64,000 nt of DNA, taken from a virus (lineage: Duplodnaviria; Heunggongvirae; Uroviricota; Caudoviricetes). The stretch lies in the IMG/VR virus record IMGVR_UViG_3300029456_000117, one strand, 5' to 3'. Both the position numbers and the translations under genes were made by a program. Below are positions 46,199 through 56,054 of the stretch, in pieces; within the stretch, counting starts at the first letter, position 1, and the number at the start of each line of letters is the position of its first letter. The notes beneath the pieces are model-generated. The model was not told the DNA's origin. It searched no databases and worked only from the letters and a program-made list of their open reading frames with translations.

Positions 46199-46263
46199 TT
46201 GACAGAAACGAGGCGCGCGCCCTCCGGGGCGCTCCCTCTCAAAATATAGGAGGCTTATATATT

Positions 46264-46536
46264 ATGATGACATTATCAGAGGCGAAAGCCATTTATAGAA
46301 CCGGAAAAGGCCACTTTTTCGACCGTGAAACGTTCAAATATTGGGGATCTCGTATAGAATCCGCTTTGTATAAAAACCGCTGTTTTGTTACCAGTGAAAA
46401 CAATTTTGACGGCAGCCGCAGAGCTTACACCGTGCGCCGTTTCTCTCCTGACTTTCTCCACGTTGAGACGGTCGGAGAGTTCCAGGAACACGCTACAAAA
46501 TGGGGCGCAAGAGAAGCAGCAAAGGAGGTTGTATAG
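46264..46536 (+). CDS. hypothetical protein
   Basis: 90-aa ORF. Confidence 0.4.
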   Translation: MMTLSEAKAIYRTGKGHFFDRETFKYWGSRIESALYKNRCFVTSENNFDGSRRAYTVRRFSPDFLHVETVGEFQEHATKWGAREAAKEVV

Positions 46537-46540
46537 AGTT

Positions 46541-46939
46541 ATGAAAGAATTTATGTATGTTTTCCAGATTTCAAAATTGATCACTTTTGAAGTAAATTTT
46601 TACACCCTCGGCACCAACTCCGCGCCGTACTTCTCAACCTCTGCGAATGAGTTCTGCAGAAGTAAACTAGACTACACCAGAGGCGGACAGGCTCAGCGGG
46701 ATCTGTTGCCGAAGTTCTCCCCGGCTCGCCGTTTCTTTGAAAAGTGGGATCATTGCCATTTACACGACTTGACCCCGGCAGAATATGAGGAAATAGCCGC
46801 AGATATTGAGGAATTGAAAACACGATACAATTATATTGAGGACATCCGCGACACTTTCCGCGGTTCCCGCTCCTCTATTCCATTTTATGATATTGTGAAA
46901 CTCTCCAAGATGGAGCCCAAAAAGAAAGGGGGCGCATAG
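46541..46939 (+). CDS. hypothetical protein
   Basis: ATG at 46541 is preceded by aaaggagg. 132 aa (MKEFMYVFQ...). Confidence 0.4.
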   Translation: MKEFMYVFQISKLITFEVNFYTLGTNSAPYFSTSANEFCRSKLDYTRGGQAQRDLLPKFSPARRFFEKWDHCHLHDLTPAEYEEIAADIEELKTRYNYIEDIRDTFRGSRSSIPFYDIVKLSKMEPKKKGGA

Positions 46940-46940
46940 T

Positions 46941-47321
46941 ATGAAAATCGACATTGAAAGACTTATTGACGCAGTAGCCGCAGAAAATGAGGCCTACAAC
47001 GAATATTGTTATAGCTCTAAAACCTTATACCGTGGTCCCTTTGAGGAAATCACAACCCGAAAAAATCATGTTAATTATGCGCGAGAGGTTCACGACAGGG
47101 AACAAAACGCCGTTGATACATTGGCGGAGGTTTTCCAAATGGACACAGAGACACGCAACCGGCTTTATATTGCAACTAGAGCCGTGAACCGATGGCGGAA
47201 CGCTACACAGTGGGCGCGGCTTATCCCGGACACCATGCAAGACCAGATCCGCCGGTTTATCTTCGGAGAACCCGAAGCACCTAATAGCACTTGTAAATAT
47301 TGCGGAGTATGGCAGGCATAG
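46941..47321 (+). CDS. hypothetical protein
   Basis: 126-aa ORF. Confidence 0.4.
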   Translation: MKIDIERLIDAVAAENEAYNEYCYSSKTLYRGPFEEITTRKNHVNYAREVHDREQNAVDTLAEVFQMDTETRNRLYIATRAVNRWRNATQWARLIPDTMQDQIRRFIFGEPEAPNSTCKYCGVWQA

Positions 47322-47385
47322 ACGGACGGCGGCGGATCATCCGCCCCGGCTCTGCCGGATATATTAAAAGATCGGAGGCTTTAGG

Positions 47386-47682
47386 ATGGCTTATAAATGC
47401 CTGAACCGTTCCGCAGTATTGGAACATCTGCAAGAGGGGCAAACCGTAAATATTGATGAGTATATAGAGAAAATGCAGTTTTTCAAGAAATACGGAAACA
47501 ACCAGGGAATCTATATAACAGACAGCCGCTATATTGAGTATAGAGAAATCGGCTTGCACTATTTCAAGTATGATACATTGATAAAATTCTTTGAGGATTT
47601 CAAACAGAGGAACCACGCAAAACGTATATTGATAACATTCAGTAAAAACCACCGCTTACAATGTGAGCCGGTGCAGGATTAA
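47386..47682 (+). CDS. hypothetical protein
   Basis: 98-aa ORF. Confidence 0.4.
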   Translation: MAYKCLNRSAVLEHLQEGQTVNIDEYIEKMQFFKKYGNNQGIYITDSRYIEYREIGLHYFKYDTLIKFFEDFKQRNHAKRILITFSKNHRLQCEPVQD

Positions 47683-47697
47683 GGAGGCCTTTATATT

Positions 47698-48273
47698 ATG
47701 GGATGGGATTATACACACGCTACACACTACACCAGAACCGGAGCTATTGACCGGAAAGCAGAAATTGACGAGCTTTACACATGGCAGAACGACACCAGAA
47801 AAGCCGAGGTTGTGCGCTCCGCAATGGTAGGCGGTACATATTACGCCGCTGTTAAAGTAACCATATTGAGCACCGGAGGGGCTGAGACATTCGCCGCCGT
47901 TGTATTGACGCACACCAACAGCCGGGATTATTTCAACTTTGGAGTTAAGACGATGGGAGAAAGTTCTGGACCATGTGAAGATCATTGCCCGGCTTCTATT
48001 CTCTCTCTTCTCTCCCCTACTGATTCAGAATATGCCAATAACTGGCGCGAGAGATGCAGAAAGAACATTGAAGTAAAGAAAGATCCGCACGCATTGAAAA
48101 ATTTACCTGTCGGCGCAGTGATCCGCTTTACTCTCCACACTGGGGAAAGCATCGAACTATTGAAACACGCCGCGTCGTATCAGTTCAAACGCCCTTTCTG
48201 GTTCTGCCAATCATCCGGCCGTTATATGCCAGCAACCAGGATCCCGGCAAATTATGAAGTAGTCACAGCATAA
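47698..48273 (+). CDS. hypothetical protein
   Basis: 191-aa ORF. Confidence 0.4.
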   Translation: MGWDYTHATHYTRTGAIDRKAEIDELYTWQNDTRKAEVVRSAMVGGTYYAAVKVTILSTGGAETFAAVVLTHTNSRDYFNFGVKTMGESSGPCEDHCPASILSLLSPTDSEYANNWRERCRKNIEVKKDPHALKNLPVGAVIRFTLHTGESIELLKHAASYQFKRPFWFCQSSGRYMPATRIPANYEVVTA

Positions 48274-48301
48274 CATATTGAGTTTAGGAGGATAAGAAAC
48301 C

Positions 48302-48667
48302 ATGAATAATACAGCATTGAGAATTGAGAACGGTATGAGCAGTTTTGAGTTACTGCAGGCCAAGGTGTCAAGCCTTGAAGCAACAGAAAAGCGCATGAGC
48401 ATTGAAGAGGATCGCCGCATGGCTGCCATTGATGCAATGGATCGCACCTATAACAACCCATCCACACCGCGCCGCACACGCTTTGAGCTTTCTATTGAGC
48501 TTCCTATTCAGCGTGAGGCGTTGAAAAATTACCACAATGAGCGCAGTCGGGTATCTGCCGAGCTTCGAGGATTGAGAACGGCTATTGACCTGATTCTAAC
48601 CGTTTCCAACTACGGCGGAGAGGTTACACCCGGAAACCGCCGATTGATTGAGAGTATTTTGATCTAA
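48302..48667 (+). CDS. hypothetical protein
   Basis: 121-aa ORF. Confidence 0.4.
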   Translation: MNNTALRIENGMSSFELLQAKVSSLEATEKRMSIEEDRRMAAIDAMDRTYNNPSTPRRTRFELSIELPIQREALKNYHNERSRVSAELRGLRTAIDLILTVSNYGGEVTPGNRRLIESILI

Positions 48668-48719
48668 TCCGTTACATTGTAACGATATGTAACACGTTGT
48701 AATATGGAGGTAACACAAA

Positions 48720-48959
48720 ATGTTAGAAATGTCATTCTATAAAGGTACCTTGGACAGAGCCAAGGCAAGGGAAGTTGTTGAGGCATCCGAAAAGCCTTTG
48801 ATGTTCCGATATGGCTTCGCTTTTAGAGGCGCAGAGAAAAGACCTATAACCAAAGAAAAAGCATTGAGTATTATTGATGATTCCGGCAACTATCTGGATA
48901 TAACAGAAACCGACAATGAGATCCTTTTGAATACTTTTTCAAGTAATGATATGTGGTAG
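48720..48959 (+). CDS. hypothetical protein
   Basis: 79-aa ORF. Confidence 0.35.
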   Translation: MLEMSFYKGTLDRAKAREVVEASEKPLMFRYGFAFRGAEKRPITKEKALSIIDDSGNYLDITETDNEILLNTFSSNDMW

Positions 48960-49156
48960 GAGGTATGAACGTGGTAGTTATTTCATTGACAGATAGAGAA
49001 CAGACATTATTGAGTGACAGTGTATTGACGATGATAGAGAACGCAGGGCAGGCGCAACGCCTTGTATGTGACACTGAATCGCAGAAAGCTATTGACATAC
49101 ACATCAAAGAATTACAGGCATTAAACAGAAAGTTGTGTACTACCGGCATCCGGTAA
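48953..49156 (+). CDS. hypothetical protein
   Basis: 67-aa ORF. Confidence 0.3.
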   Translation: MVGGMNVVVISLTDREQTLLSDSVLTMIENAGQAQRLVCDTESQKAIDIHIKELQALNRKLCTTGIR

Positions 49157-50421
49157 AGAAAGGATTGAGAACCATGAGAAAGAAAAGCGTATTTATTAAC
49201 TGTATGGAGACATTGACCGCAAATAGAAAACACAGCGAGGCCCGCACACTTCTCAATGCAGGACTGAAAGAGTCCGCAGAGAGACAGACCGCTGCCACCG
49301 CTCCGGCGTATGAACTTACAAAGCCGTATATCTTCCCTGCCGTTGATGGCAATATGACTTATCACACCTCATGGGGATCTCATGGAGTAAAGAACGAAGC
49401 CGAAACCATATTGAGTGTATTGAACTCTTTCCGCCTCCGCTCCACCCTTGCAAAAATCAATCAAGGACCACGCCTTACACAGTATGTTATTGAACCGGCT
49501 CCCGGAACTCAGGTGCAAGCCATTTTGAGACATGAAAAGGAATTTCAGGCAGCTTTACATTGCAACGCCTCTTTGAGATTTGATAATGGCTATGTGTATA
49601 TTGAGGTTCCGACCGGTACAGAAACCGTGTTCCTGGGCGATATGCTCATTGATAATGAGTATCAGTCCTCCAGTGGTTTCACAATGGCGATCGGCATGGC
49701 GGTTGACGGTTCCAAGCATTACATTGATATTGCCAAGGCTTGCCATATCCTCATTTCTGGTATGACAGGATCTGGTAAATCAATCGTTCTGCATAACCTC
49801 ATCTTGTCTCTATTGATGAAAAAGAATCCGGCACAGATGCACTTATATATCATTGACCCAAAAGCAACAGAGTTTGAGTATTACAAGAACCTTGCAGCGT
49901 GTACGGTTGTATCTGAGGTAAATGGTGCGGTTGAACTATTGAAGAACCTTTGTATTGAGATGGATCGCCGCTACTCCATTCTTGCCTCTACCGGCTGCCG
50001 TGACATTGACAGCTATAATACAAAGTTCGCAGATGCTCCTATGAGGCGTGACATAGTTTTCATTGATGAGTTATCCGACCTTATGAGCATGGGTGGAAAA
50101 TCCGTTGAGGGACATATTGTAAGAATTGCACAGAAAGCCCGTGCCTGTGGCATCCACCTTGTAATCGCTACACAGTACCCGGTTGCAAAGGTTGTTACTG
50201 GATTGATTAAGGCAAATATGCCTACAAAGATCTGTCTCCGTGTTGGTACAGTCACAAACTCTATGGTCGCATTGGATATGGCCGGCGGCGAAAAGCTCAT
50301 GGGTCATGGCGATATGCTTTTTCTCCCTAACGGTTCTCTTTCCCCGGTAAGGTTGCAAGGTGGGTTTGTATCTGAGACGGCAATCAACAATGTCGTTGCC
50401 GGTTTGATGAAAAATCAGTAA
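49135..50421 (+). CDS. FtsK/SpoIIIE-family DNA translocase ATPase
   Basis: 428 aa. Walker A is SGMTGSGKS. The Walker B region is IVFIDELSDLM. An FtsK-like TQYP...R motif is present. Confidence 0.75.
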   Translation: MYYRHPVKKGLRTMRKKSVFINCMETLTANRKHSEARTLLNAGLKESAERQTAATAPAYELTKPYIFPAVDGNMTYHTSWGSHGVKNEAETILSVLNSFRLRSTLAKINQGPRLTQYVIEPAPGTQVQAILRHEKEFQAALHCNASLRFDNGYVYIEVPTGTETVFLGDMLIDNEYQSSSGFTMAIGMAVDGSKHYIDIAKACHILISGMTGSGKSIVLHNLILSLLMKKNPAQMHLYIIDPKATEFEYYKNLAACTVVSEVNGAVELLKNLCIEMDRRYSILASTGCRDIDSYNTKFADAPMRRDIVFIDELSDLMSMGGKSVEGHIVRIAQKARACGIHLVIATQYPVAKVVTGLIKANMPTKICLRVGTVTNSMVALDMAGGEKLMGHGDMLFLPNGSLSPVRLQGGFVSETAINNVVAGLMKNQ

Positions 50422-50429
50422 GTAGGAGG

Positions 50430-51026
50430 ATGGTTAGAATGGCAGGAAAGACAACAACGGCTTGTACGCATGAACAGTACGAGACTATCATAAAAACTTT
50501 ATATGAGGGCATTGGAGACTGCATACAGCCTAATCCCCGGATTGCTACGATCCTCGTTATTGAGGCGAATGTAGGATTGCGTATTGGAGACACACTCTCC
50601 CTCCGGCGTTCCTCTTTCATCAAGACACCATCCGGCCACGCTTTCAATATCGTTGAGCATAAGACCGGAAAGGTTCGCCGTTTCAAGGTCCAGGAACAGG
50701 TCTACAACTTCCTCCTTGAATATGCGGACTCTGAGGGCATTGAGGGCGATGATCTGATATTCCCTATCGGTGTCCGGGCAGTGCAAAAGCATCTGAAAAA
50801 GGTTTGCGACTGGCTCGGTCCTGAATATGAGGATATATCCACCCATTCGTTCCGTAAATACTTCGGAACAGAGATTTACTACAAGAATGGAAAGGACATT
50901 GAACTGGTCCGCCGCCTGTATCAGCACAGTTCCGCCGCCGTTACGGCTCGTTACTTGGGTGTTACGGACGAAAAGATTGAACAGGCATTAGATTCCCACG
51001 TTGATATTATTTACCGCCCCAAATGA
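50430..51026 (+). CDS. small tyrosine recombinase/integrase (catalytic domain only)
   Basis: 198 aa. The catalytic residues are R (LRIGD), HxxR (HSFRKYF), H (YQHSS) and Y (ARYLGV). Confidence 0.6.
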   Translation: MVRMAGKTTTACTHEQYETIIKTLYEGIGDCIQPNPRIATILVIEANVGLRIGDTLSLRRSSFIKTPSGHAFNIVEHKTGKVRRFKVQEQVYNFLLEYADSEGIEGDDLIFPIGVRAVQKHLKKVCDWLGPEYEDISTHSFRKYFGTEIYYKNGKDIELVRRLYQHSSAAVTARYLGVTDEKIEQALDSHVDIIYRPK

Positions 51027-51301
51027 GGCGCATATATAGTAATGGTTCCTTATAAGATTTGTCTATTTGAGTGTCGTGTAACAGGTTTCTGGCAGTTTTT
51101 AATGTGAAAACTGCTGCCGGTATGAGGGTTGATAACGGCATACACCATCCCTTTGTTGGTTGACAGGTTTTCCGGCTTTAATGCGAAACCGGATAAGGAT
51201 AGTGGGATCTCCTGACATTCGCGTATCTCCGGCGGAGCGCACGATGCCGCTTGATAAGAACGTGTCCAAATAGACAAATGCTATAAGGAGCCATTGAAGA
51301 A

Positions 51302-51994
51302 ATGGAGGTCTTAGGCATGATTGATATTACAAACTGCAATAAAATCATCATTGATACAAACGAAAAGGTTGAAAAGATCATTGATTGGTACGAACAAAAT
51401 AAAGATTGGTTGGATGCCGAAGAGTTCCGCATCCCTATCCCCTCCGCTCTCGTTGAGCTGCCGGAGGAAGATATAAAATTCTATTATGAATCTGAGGGTG
51501 TGTTTGCGCGGTTGCACCTGTATATGGCCGGTGTGTATGTCTGTAATTACAGATATGATCCGAAGTCTCAGAAGATAGGCGAACTCATTTTCCCGGTTAC
51601 TTTAAGTAAGGAAAAACGCAAGGCAGCTCAGATGATATTGGCTGCCGACAGAACGCCGTACAAAGAGGCATTGAAGTTCCACTCTCTCATGTGCTTTGCC
51701 ACTCATTACCGCAACTGCATTGAGACAGCGGATCAGAAAGAGAAACATATCTCCAGTAGCCATAAGAAACGCATACAGCGTTCCGGCGGTACAACTCCGC
51801 TCATCACAACGTATCGCATTGATAACCGTCCCATTCCGGCACATCCGGGAGCAAAACGGCAATATACAAAGCCTACGGAACAGGTAAGTGTGAGAGGCTT
51901 CTACCGAACCACTAAAACAGGCAAACGTGTATGGGTTCGCCCATTCACAAAATACAACGGAAACTCTGAAAATCATAAAACATACAAAGTATAG
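51302..51994 (+). CDS. hypothetical protein
   Basis: 230-aa ORF. Confidence 0.4.
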   Translation: MEVLGMIDITNCNKIIIDTNEKVEKIIDWYEQNKDWLDAEEFRIPIPSALVELPEEDIKFYYESEGVFARLHLYMAGVYVCNYRYDPKSQKIGELIFPVTLSKEKRKAAQMILAADRTPYKEALKFHSLMCFATHYRNCIETADQKEKHISSSHKKRIQRSGGTTPLITTYRIDNRPIPAHPGAKRQYTKPTEQVSVRGFYRTTKTGKRVWVRPFTKYNGNSENHKTYKV

Positions 51995-52003
51995 GAGGAC
52001 ACT

Positions 52004-53209
52004 ATGAGCAATTTGAAAGTATACGCAAAAACCATTGAAGATGAAGCACTTGAACAGATCAACACTCTTCTGTCTCAGGATGCCTTTAAGGACTGCAAGG
52101 TTCGCATTATGCCGGATGTTCATGCCGGTAAAGGCTGTGTAATCGGATTTACGGCAGACCTGGGAGAAAAGGTTATCCCGAACATTGTCGGAGTAGATAT
52201 TGGCTGTGGTATGCTCTGCGTGAGCATCGGACACGGAGATATTGATTTTGAAAAATTGGATAATGTCATTCGTACCTATGTCCCTAGTGGAAGAAATGTG
52301 CATGACGGTAGAGTTATGCGTTTTGGCGAATTACAAGACCTCTACTGTTACCGCGAATTGAGAGACACCAAGCGTATTGAGCGTTCTATCGGAACTCTCG
52401 GCGGCGGGAACCATTTCATTGAGGTTGATGTTGCTGAGGATGGATATAAGTATCTGGTTATTCATACCGGTAGCCGTAACCTCGGAAAACAGGTGGCGGA
52501 TTATTACCAGAATCTTGCCTACGAATTGATGTGTGGCAAGGACGATTTGTATGAGCGTCAGGATAAGCTCATTGAGGAATACAAGGCTGCCGGAAGAAAG
52601 TCTGAGATTGAGGCTGCCTTAAAAGAATTGCGTGAGAATTTCCGTGCCACCACTCCGAAGCTGCCAAAGGATCTGTGCTACTTGGATGGAAAGTACCGGG
52701 AGCAGTATTTACATGATATGCGTATCTGCCAGAAGTTTGCATATTTCAACCGTGTGATGATCGCGCAAATCATCTGCAATCACATGGGATGGGGAGTTGA
52801 TGCTGATATGCCGGATTACTTTGAGTGCATCCACAACTATATAGACCACGATTCTAATATTGTCCGCAAGGGTGCTATCTCTGCAAAACTCGGAGAAAAG
52901 GTACTTATCCCTATCAATATGCGTGACGGCTGTATTCTCGGAACCGGAAAGGGCAATGATGATTGGAACTGTTCTGCGCCGCATGGAGCTGGCCGGCTTA
53001 TGTCCCGGAGCAAAGCAAAGGAAACTCTCTCTTTGAGCGATTATTCTGCTTCTATGTCCGGCATCTACACCACTTCCGTATCTGAGGAAACCATAGATGA
53101 AGCTCCGATGGCATACAAACCGATTGAGGAAATCATGGACTGTATCAAAGATACCGTTGATATTCTCGCAGTATTGAAGCCGGTCTATAATTTCAAGGCG
53201 AGCGAATAA
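52004..53209 (+). CDS. rtcB: RtcB-family RNA 3'-phosphate/2',3'-cyclic-phosphate ligase
   Basis: 401 aa. It has the RtcB signatures MPDVHAGKGCVIGF, GGGNHFIEV, HTGSRNLG and the C-terminal HNY...GAGR metal/GTP-binding residues. Confidence 0.85.
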   Translation: MSNLKVYAKTIEDEALEQINTLLSQDAFKDCKVRIMPDVHAGKGCVIGFTADLGEKVIPNIVGVDIGCGMLCVSIGHGDIDFEKLDNVIRTYVPSGRNVHDGRVMRFGELQDLYCYRELRDTKRIERSIGTLGGGNHFIEVDVAEDGYKYLVIHTGSRNLGKQVADYYQNLAYELMCGKDDLYERQDKLIEEYKAAGRKSEIEAALKELRENFRATTPKLPKDLCYLDGKYREQYLHDMRICQKFAYFNRVMIAQIICNHMGWGVDADMPDYFECIHNYIDHDSNIVRKGAISAKLGEKVLIPINMRDGCILGTGKGNDDWNCSAPHGAGRLMSRSKAKETLSLSDYSASMSGIYTTSVSEETIDEAPMAYKPIEEIMDCIKDTVDILAVLKPVYNFKASE

Positions 53210-53271
53210 AGTAGCGTTATTTTATACATTGATGTATAATGTACTAAACATTGAACATGGAGGATATGCCT

Positions 53272-53946
53272 ATGAAAATGAGATATTTAGCTGTGTTGCT
53301 GTTATCTGCCGTCCTATTGGTCGGATGCGGAAACAGCACCGCAACAAAGAGTGGAAATACCGCAGTTGATACCACCGCCGAAACCGAACAAAAAGAGAAC
53401 CTTGCTGATATGATGGAAACCAAGGAATACTCATGTACGGTTGATGATTCATTCATGTATTACGTTATGTATGTTACGAACAATTCCGATAAGGTTGTCA
53501 GCATTGATTTGAACGTGACCGCACTCGATTCTTCCGGCGGTATGGTTGGTTCTTCCAGTGACGGCACAAAGGCTGTTGCTCCCGGTCAGACTGCCGGGAT
53601 ATGGACCACATTCGATGAATGGGATAAAATAAGCAGCTTCGATTATACGATGTCCGTAAATGAGGAAAAGGACTTCTCTCCGGTATATGATGATCTTTCG
53701 ATTGATTACAACACGACCGATGCAGGCATTGTTGCATCTGTCACGAACAACGGGGACTCTCCTGCGGATTTCGTGTGGATGGATGTAGTGTATCTAAAAG
53801 ATGGGGAGATGGTAAATTTCAGTGAATTGTCTTTCATGGACGATAACCAGGAATTGCAGCCGGGAACAACGCTCTCTGATGAGGGGACTTGCTACTCCGA
53901 TTCTGGTTTTGATGATGTAGTGATTGCCATAAATGGCAGAAAATGA
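53272..53946 (+). CDS. lipoprotein
   Basis: Signal peptide with lipobox (MKMRYLAVLLLSAVLLVGCG). A bidirectional terminator hairpin follows. Confidence 0.55.
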   Translation: MKMRYLAVLLLSAVLLVGCGNSTATKSGNTAVDTTAETEQKENLADMMETKEYSCTVDDSFMYYVMYVTNNSDKVVSIDLNVTALDSSGGMVGSSSDGTKAVAPGQTAGIWTTFDEWDKISSFDYTMSVNEEKDFSPVYDDLSIDYNTTDAGIVASVTNNGDSPADFVWMDVVYLKDGEMVNFSELSFMDDNQELQPGTTLSDEGTCYSDSGFDDVVIAINGRK

Positions 53947-53961
53947 TTTAAGGCAGAGGTT

Positions 53962-54621
53962 TTATTCCTCTGCCTTTTCTATGAGCTCCCATGCCTTTTC
54001 ATCGCCAAATTCTTTCCTTACGGCTTTCCATAATCTGAGGTACTTCTTGGATTCTCTGTCTCTTTCAGTCCTTGCCTTATCAATCTGACTTCTGAGACGG
54101 CTTATATACTGCTCATCCTCCGTCTGTATCAGCTTATCAGAATCCCGATACAACGAACGAATCATGCTCTCTTTGAGCATATCTACCCACAGAGTAGATA
54201 CCTCTGTACTGCGTCCATTGACTGAACGGCGCATTTTATACTCTCTGCCGGATAAATCCTGTTTCTTTGCTTTCTTAGCGCAGTAATCTCCGATATAGAC
54301 ACCAATCCAGTCCGGTATCTCTTCCTTGACCTGATTGTATAATTCCCTTGTGAGAACATAATAGTTGTAATGGCCTACAAAGGATTTTGCAGCAGCACTA
54401 TGGAAGTCCGCTTTCGACACCTTAATTTCATAGCACCGGAACACTCCCTTGGTGTCATAGGTCATGTAATCAACTCTTTCTCTTCCGCAAAATCCGATTG
54501 TTACCTCATAGCAGCCAAATACACCGGTCTTTCTTGTGGCCAGTCTGATTGCTTTTTCCAGTGCTACAGTTTCAGCGGTTTTCATTTCAGATCCTCGATT
54601 GAGAATACAAGACCTACACAA
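53962..54621 (-). CDS. PD-(D/E)XK-like nuclease fold protein (tentative)
   Basis: 219 aa. VDYMTYDTKGVFRCYEIKVSKADF fits D...E-x-K. Confidence 0.3.
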   Translation of the reverse strand: MCRSCILNRGSEMKTAETVALEKAIRLATRKTGVFGCYEVTIGFCGRERVDYMTYDTKGVFRCYEIKVSKADFHSAAAKSFVGHYNYYVLTRELYNQVKEEIPDWIGVYIGDYCAKKAKKQDLSGREYKMRRSVNGRSTEVSTLWVDMLKESMIRSLYRDSDKLIQTEDEQYISRLRSQIDKARTERDRESKKYLRLWKAVRKEFGDEKAWELIEKAEE

Positions 54622-54968
54622 TAAATCTCCCCATCTTCCCAGATGTCAAAGTGTTCGCAAGGAATGTCTGTTTTGTAAGTCCATGCTGCCGGAAGTCCGT
54701 CCCTGTTCATGCCATCACACCAGACAGCATCTATCCAGTTTGCACGTTCTTCTCCCTCCTGATCCACACCGTTTCTGTCAAAGTATACTCTTCCTCCATC
54801 GAAGCAACCGCCCTCATCATAGATTGCCCCATCAAACTCCATGAGATCATCAGATGCACCGTAAACAATAACCAGACCGCTTTCCTTTGCTTCCTGCTTC
54901 ACATCGTCAAAACTATCTCCGTATGCTCTCCCATTGAGCTTTTCTGCCAATTCTTTTGATGTAATCAT
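54582..54968 (-). CDS. hypothetical protein
   Basis: 128-aa ORF. Confidence 0.35.
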   Translation of the reverse strand: MITSKELAEKLNGRAYGDSFDDVKQEAKESGLVIVYGASDDLMEFDGAIYDEGGCFDGGRVYFDRNGVDQEGEERANWIDAVWCDGMNRDGLPAAWTYKTDIPCEHFDIWEDGEIYCVGLVFSIEDLK

Positions 54969-54980
54969 CGCATATCCTCC

Positions 54981-55316
54981 TTAATCTGTATATACTACTA
55001 TTCTCTGTCCCTCCATTCTGTAACCAAAACAGAGGTTTCCACCGTCTGCTATGATTGCACAGTCATGGTCAGACAGATTATTCACGTTTCCGATAATCTC
55101 ATAATATTTACAGGCATATCCGCTTTCTCCGCTCATAATAACGGTTTTCTTAGAAAGAATCTTATTCCGCTGTTTCTCTGACATACAATCCCATTCATAC
55201 GGATATACCACAACTGCCTTGTCCTTGATCTTTTCGTACTCCTTGAACCATGTTTTAATCATCGGCTGACTCCTTTCTTGCATATTTGCACCCTGAGAAG
55301 TTGGTTCCGACATCAA
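54981..55316 (-). CDS. hypothetical protein
   Basis: 111-aa ORF. Confidence 0.35.
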   Translation of the reverse strand: MMSEPTSQGANMQERSQPMIKTWFKEYEKIKDKAVVVYPYEWDCMSEKQRNKILSKKTVIMSGESGYACKYYEIIGNVNNLSDHDCAIIADGGNLCFGYRMEGQRIVVYTD

Positions 55317-55453
55317 GAAACATATCCAGAATGATTTTCTCGCTCTCTCCGCAGAAATTTATATGTCCTGTCTTTGTGTGTTTAACTATCAGCTTTTCGC
55401 AGTTAAGGCAGCACGCCTTTTCGTTCCGTTCCTCGAACCTCTGCAAAGCCGTC

Positions 55454-55732
55454 TTATTCATTCTGGTTTCCTGCCTTTCTGAAATGATCCGCAATTTTGC
55501 AGATTGTAGCATCTCCGACTCCTTTGATTGAGGAAATCTCTTTGAGAAATTTGTTAATATCCGCTCCGCCGGAGGACTTTTTACCCTGATTAAAACCCTC
55601 ACTTCTGGCTTTCTCCACTCTGTCCTCAACATAATGTACCAACTGCTCATCTGTCATTTTCCGCATCTTTACGGCTTTTTCGTGAATCTTATCCTCGTCC
55701 GCAGTTCTGCGGCAACTTCTTTTCTTTGCCAT
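55454..55732 (-). CDS. hypothetical protein
   Basis: 92-aa ORF. The alternative overlapping ORF 55255-55650 is equally possible. Confidence 0.3.
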   Translation of the reverse strand: MAKKRSCRRTADEDKIHEKAVKMRKMTDEQLVHYVEDRVEKARSEGFNQGKKSSGGADINKFLKEISSIKGVGDATICKIADHFRKAGNQNE

Positions 55733-55742
55733 TGTGATCCTC

Positions 55743-56054
55743 CTATCTCATGTATGTTTCAACAATGCACGCATCGTCCTCCGGTGTCCTTGGGAACTTA
55801 AAAATAAATCCGGCTGACATTACATCATCTTCGCATCTTTTAAGGTTTTCATATTCGCAGTAAACATTCGTTGGCCGATTCTTCTCTCCGTCCCATACTC
55901 TTGCCACCACTTTTCCCGGAAAGTCTTTCGGGCTGTCATATATCACTACTAGCGGCACTTTTATATCTGAATAGTCCACCAGATTAAGTGTCGGTACTCT
56001 CTTATACAACGGCGTGTTCTGTTTTGCTAATTTCTTCTGTTTGTTCACTCCCAT
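55743..56054 (-). CDS. hypothetical protein
   Basis: 103-aa ORF. Confidence 0.35.
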   Translation of the reverse strand: MGVNKQKKLAKQNTPLYKRVPTLNLVDYSDIKVPLVVIYDSPKDFPGKVVARVWDGEKNRPTNVYCEYENLKRCEDDVMSAGFIFKFPRTPEDDACIVETYMR

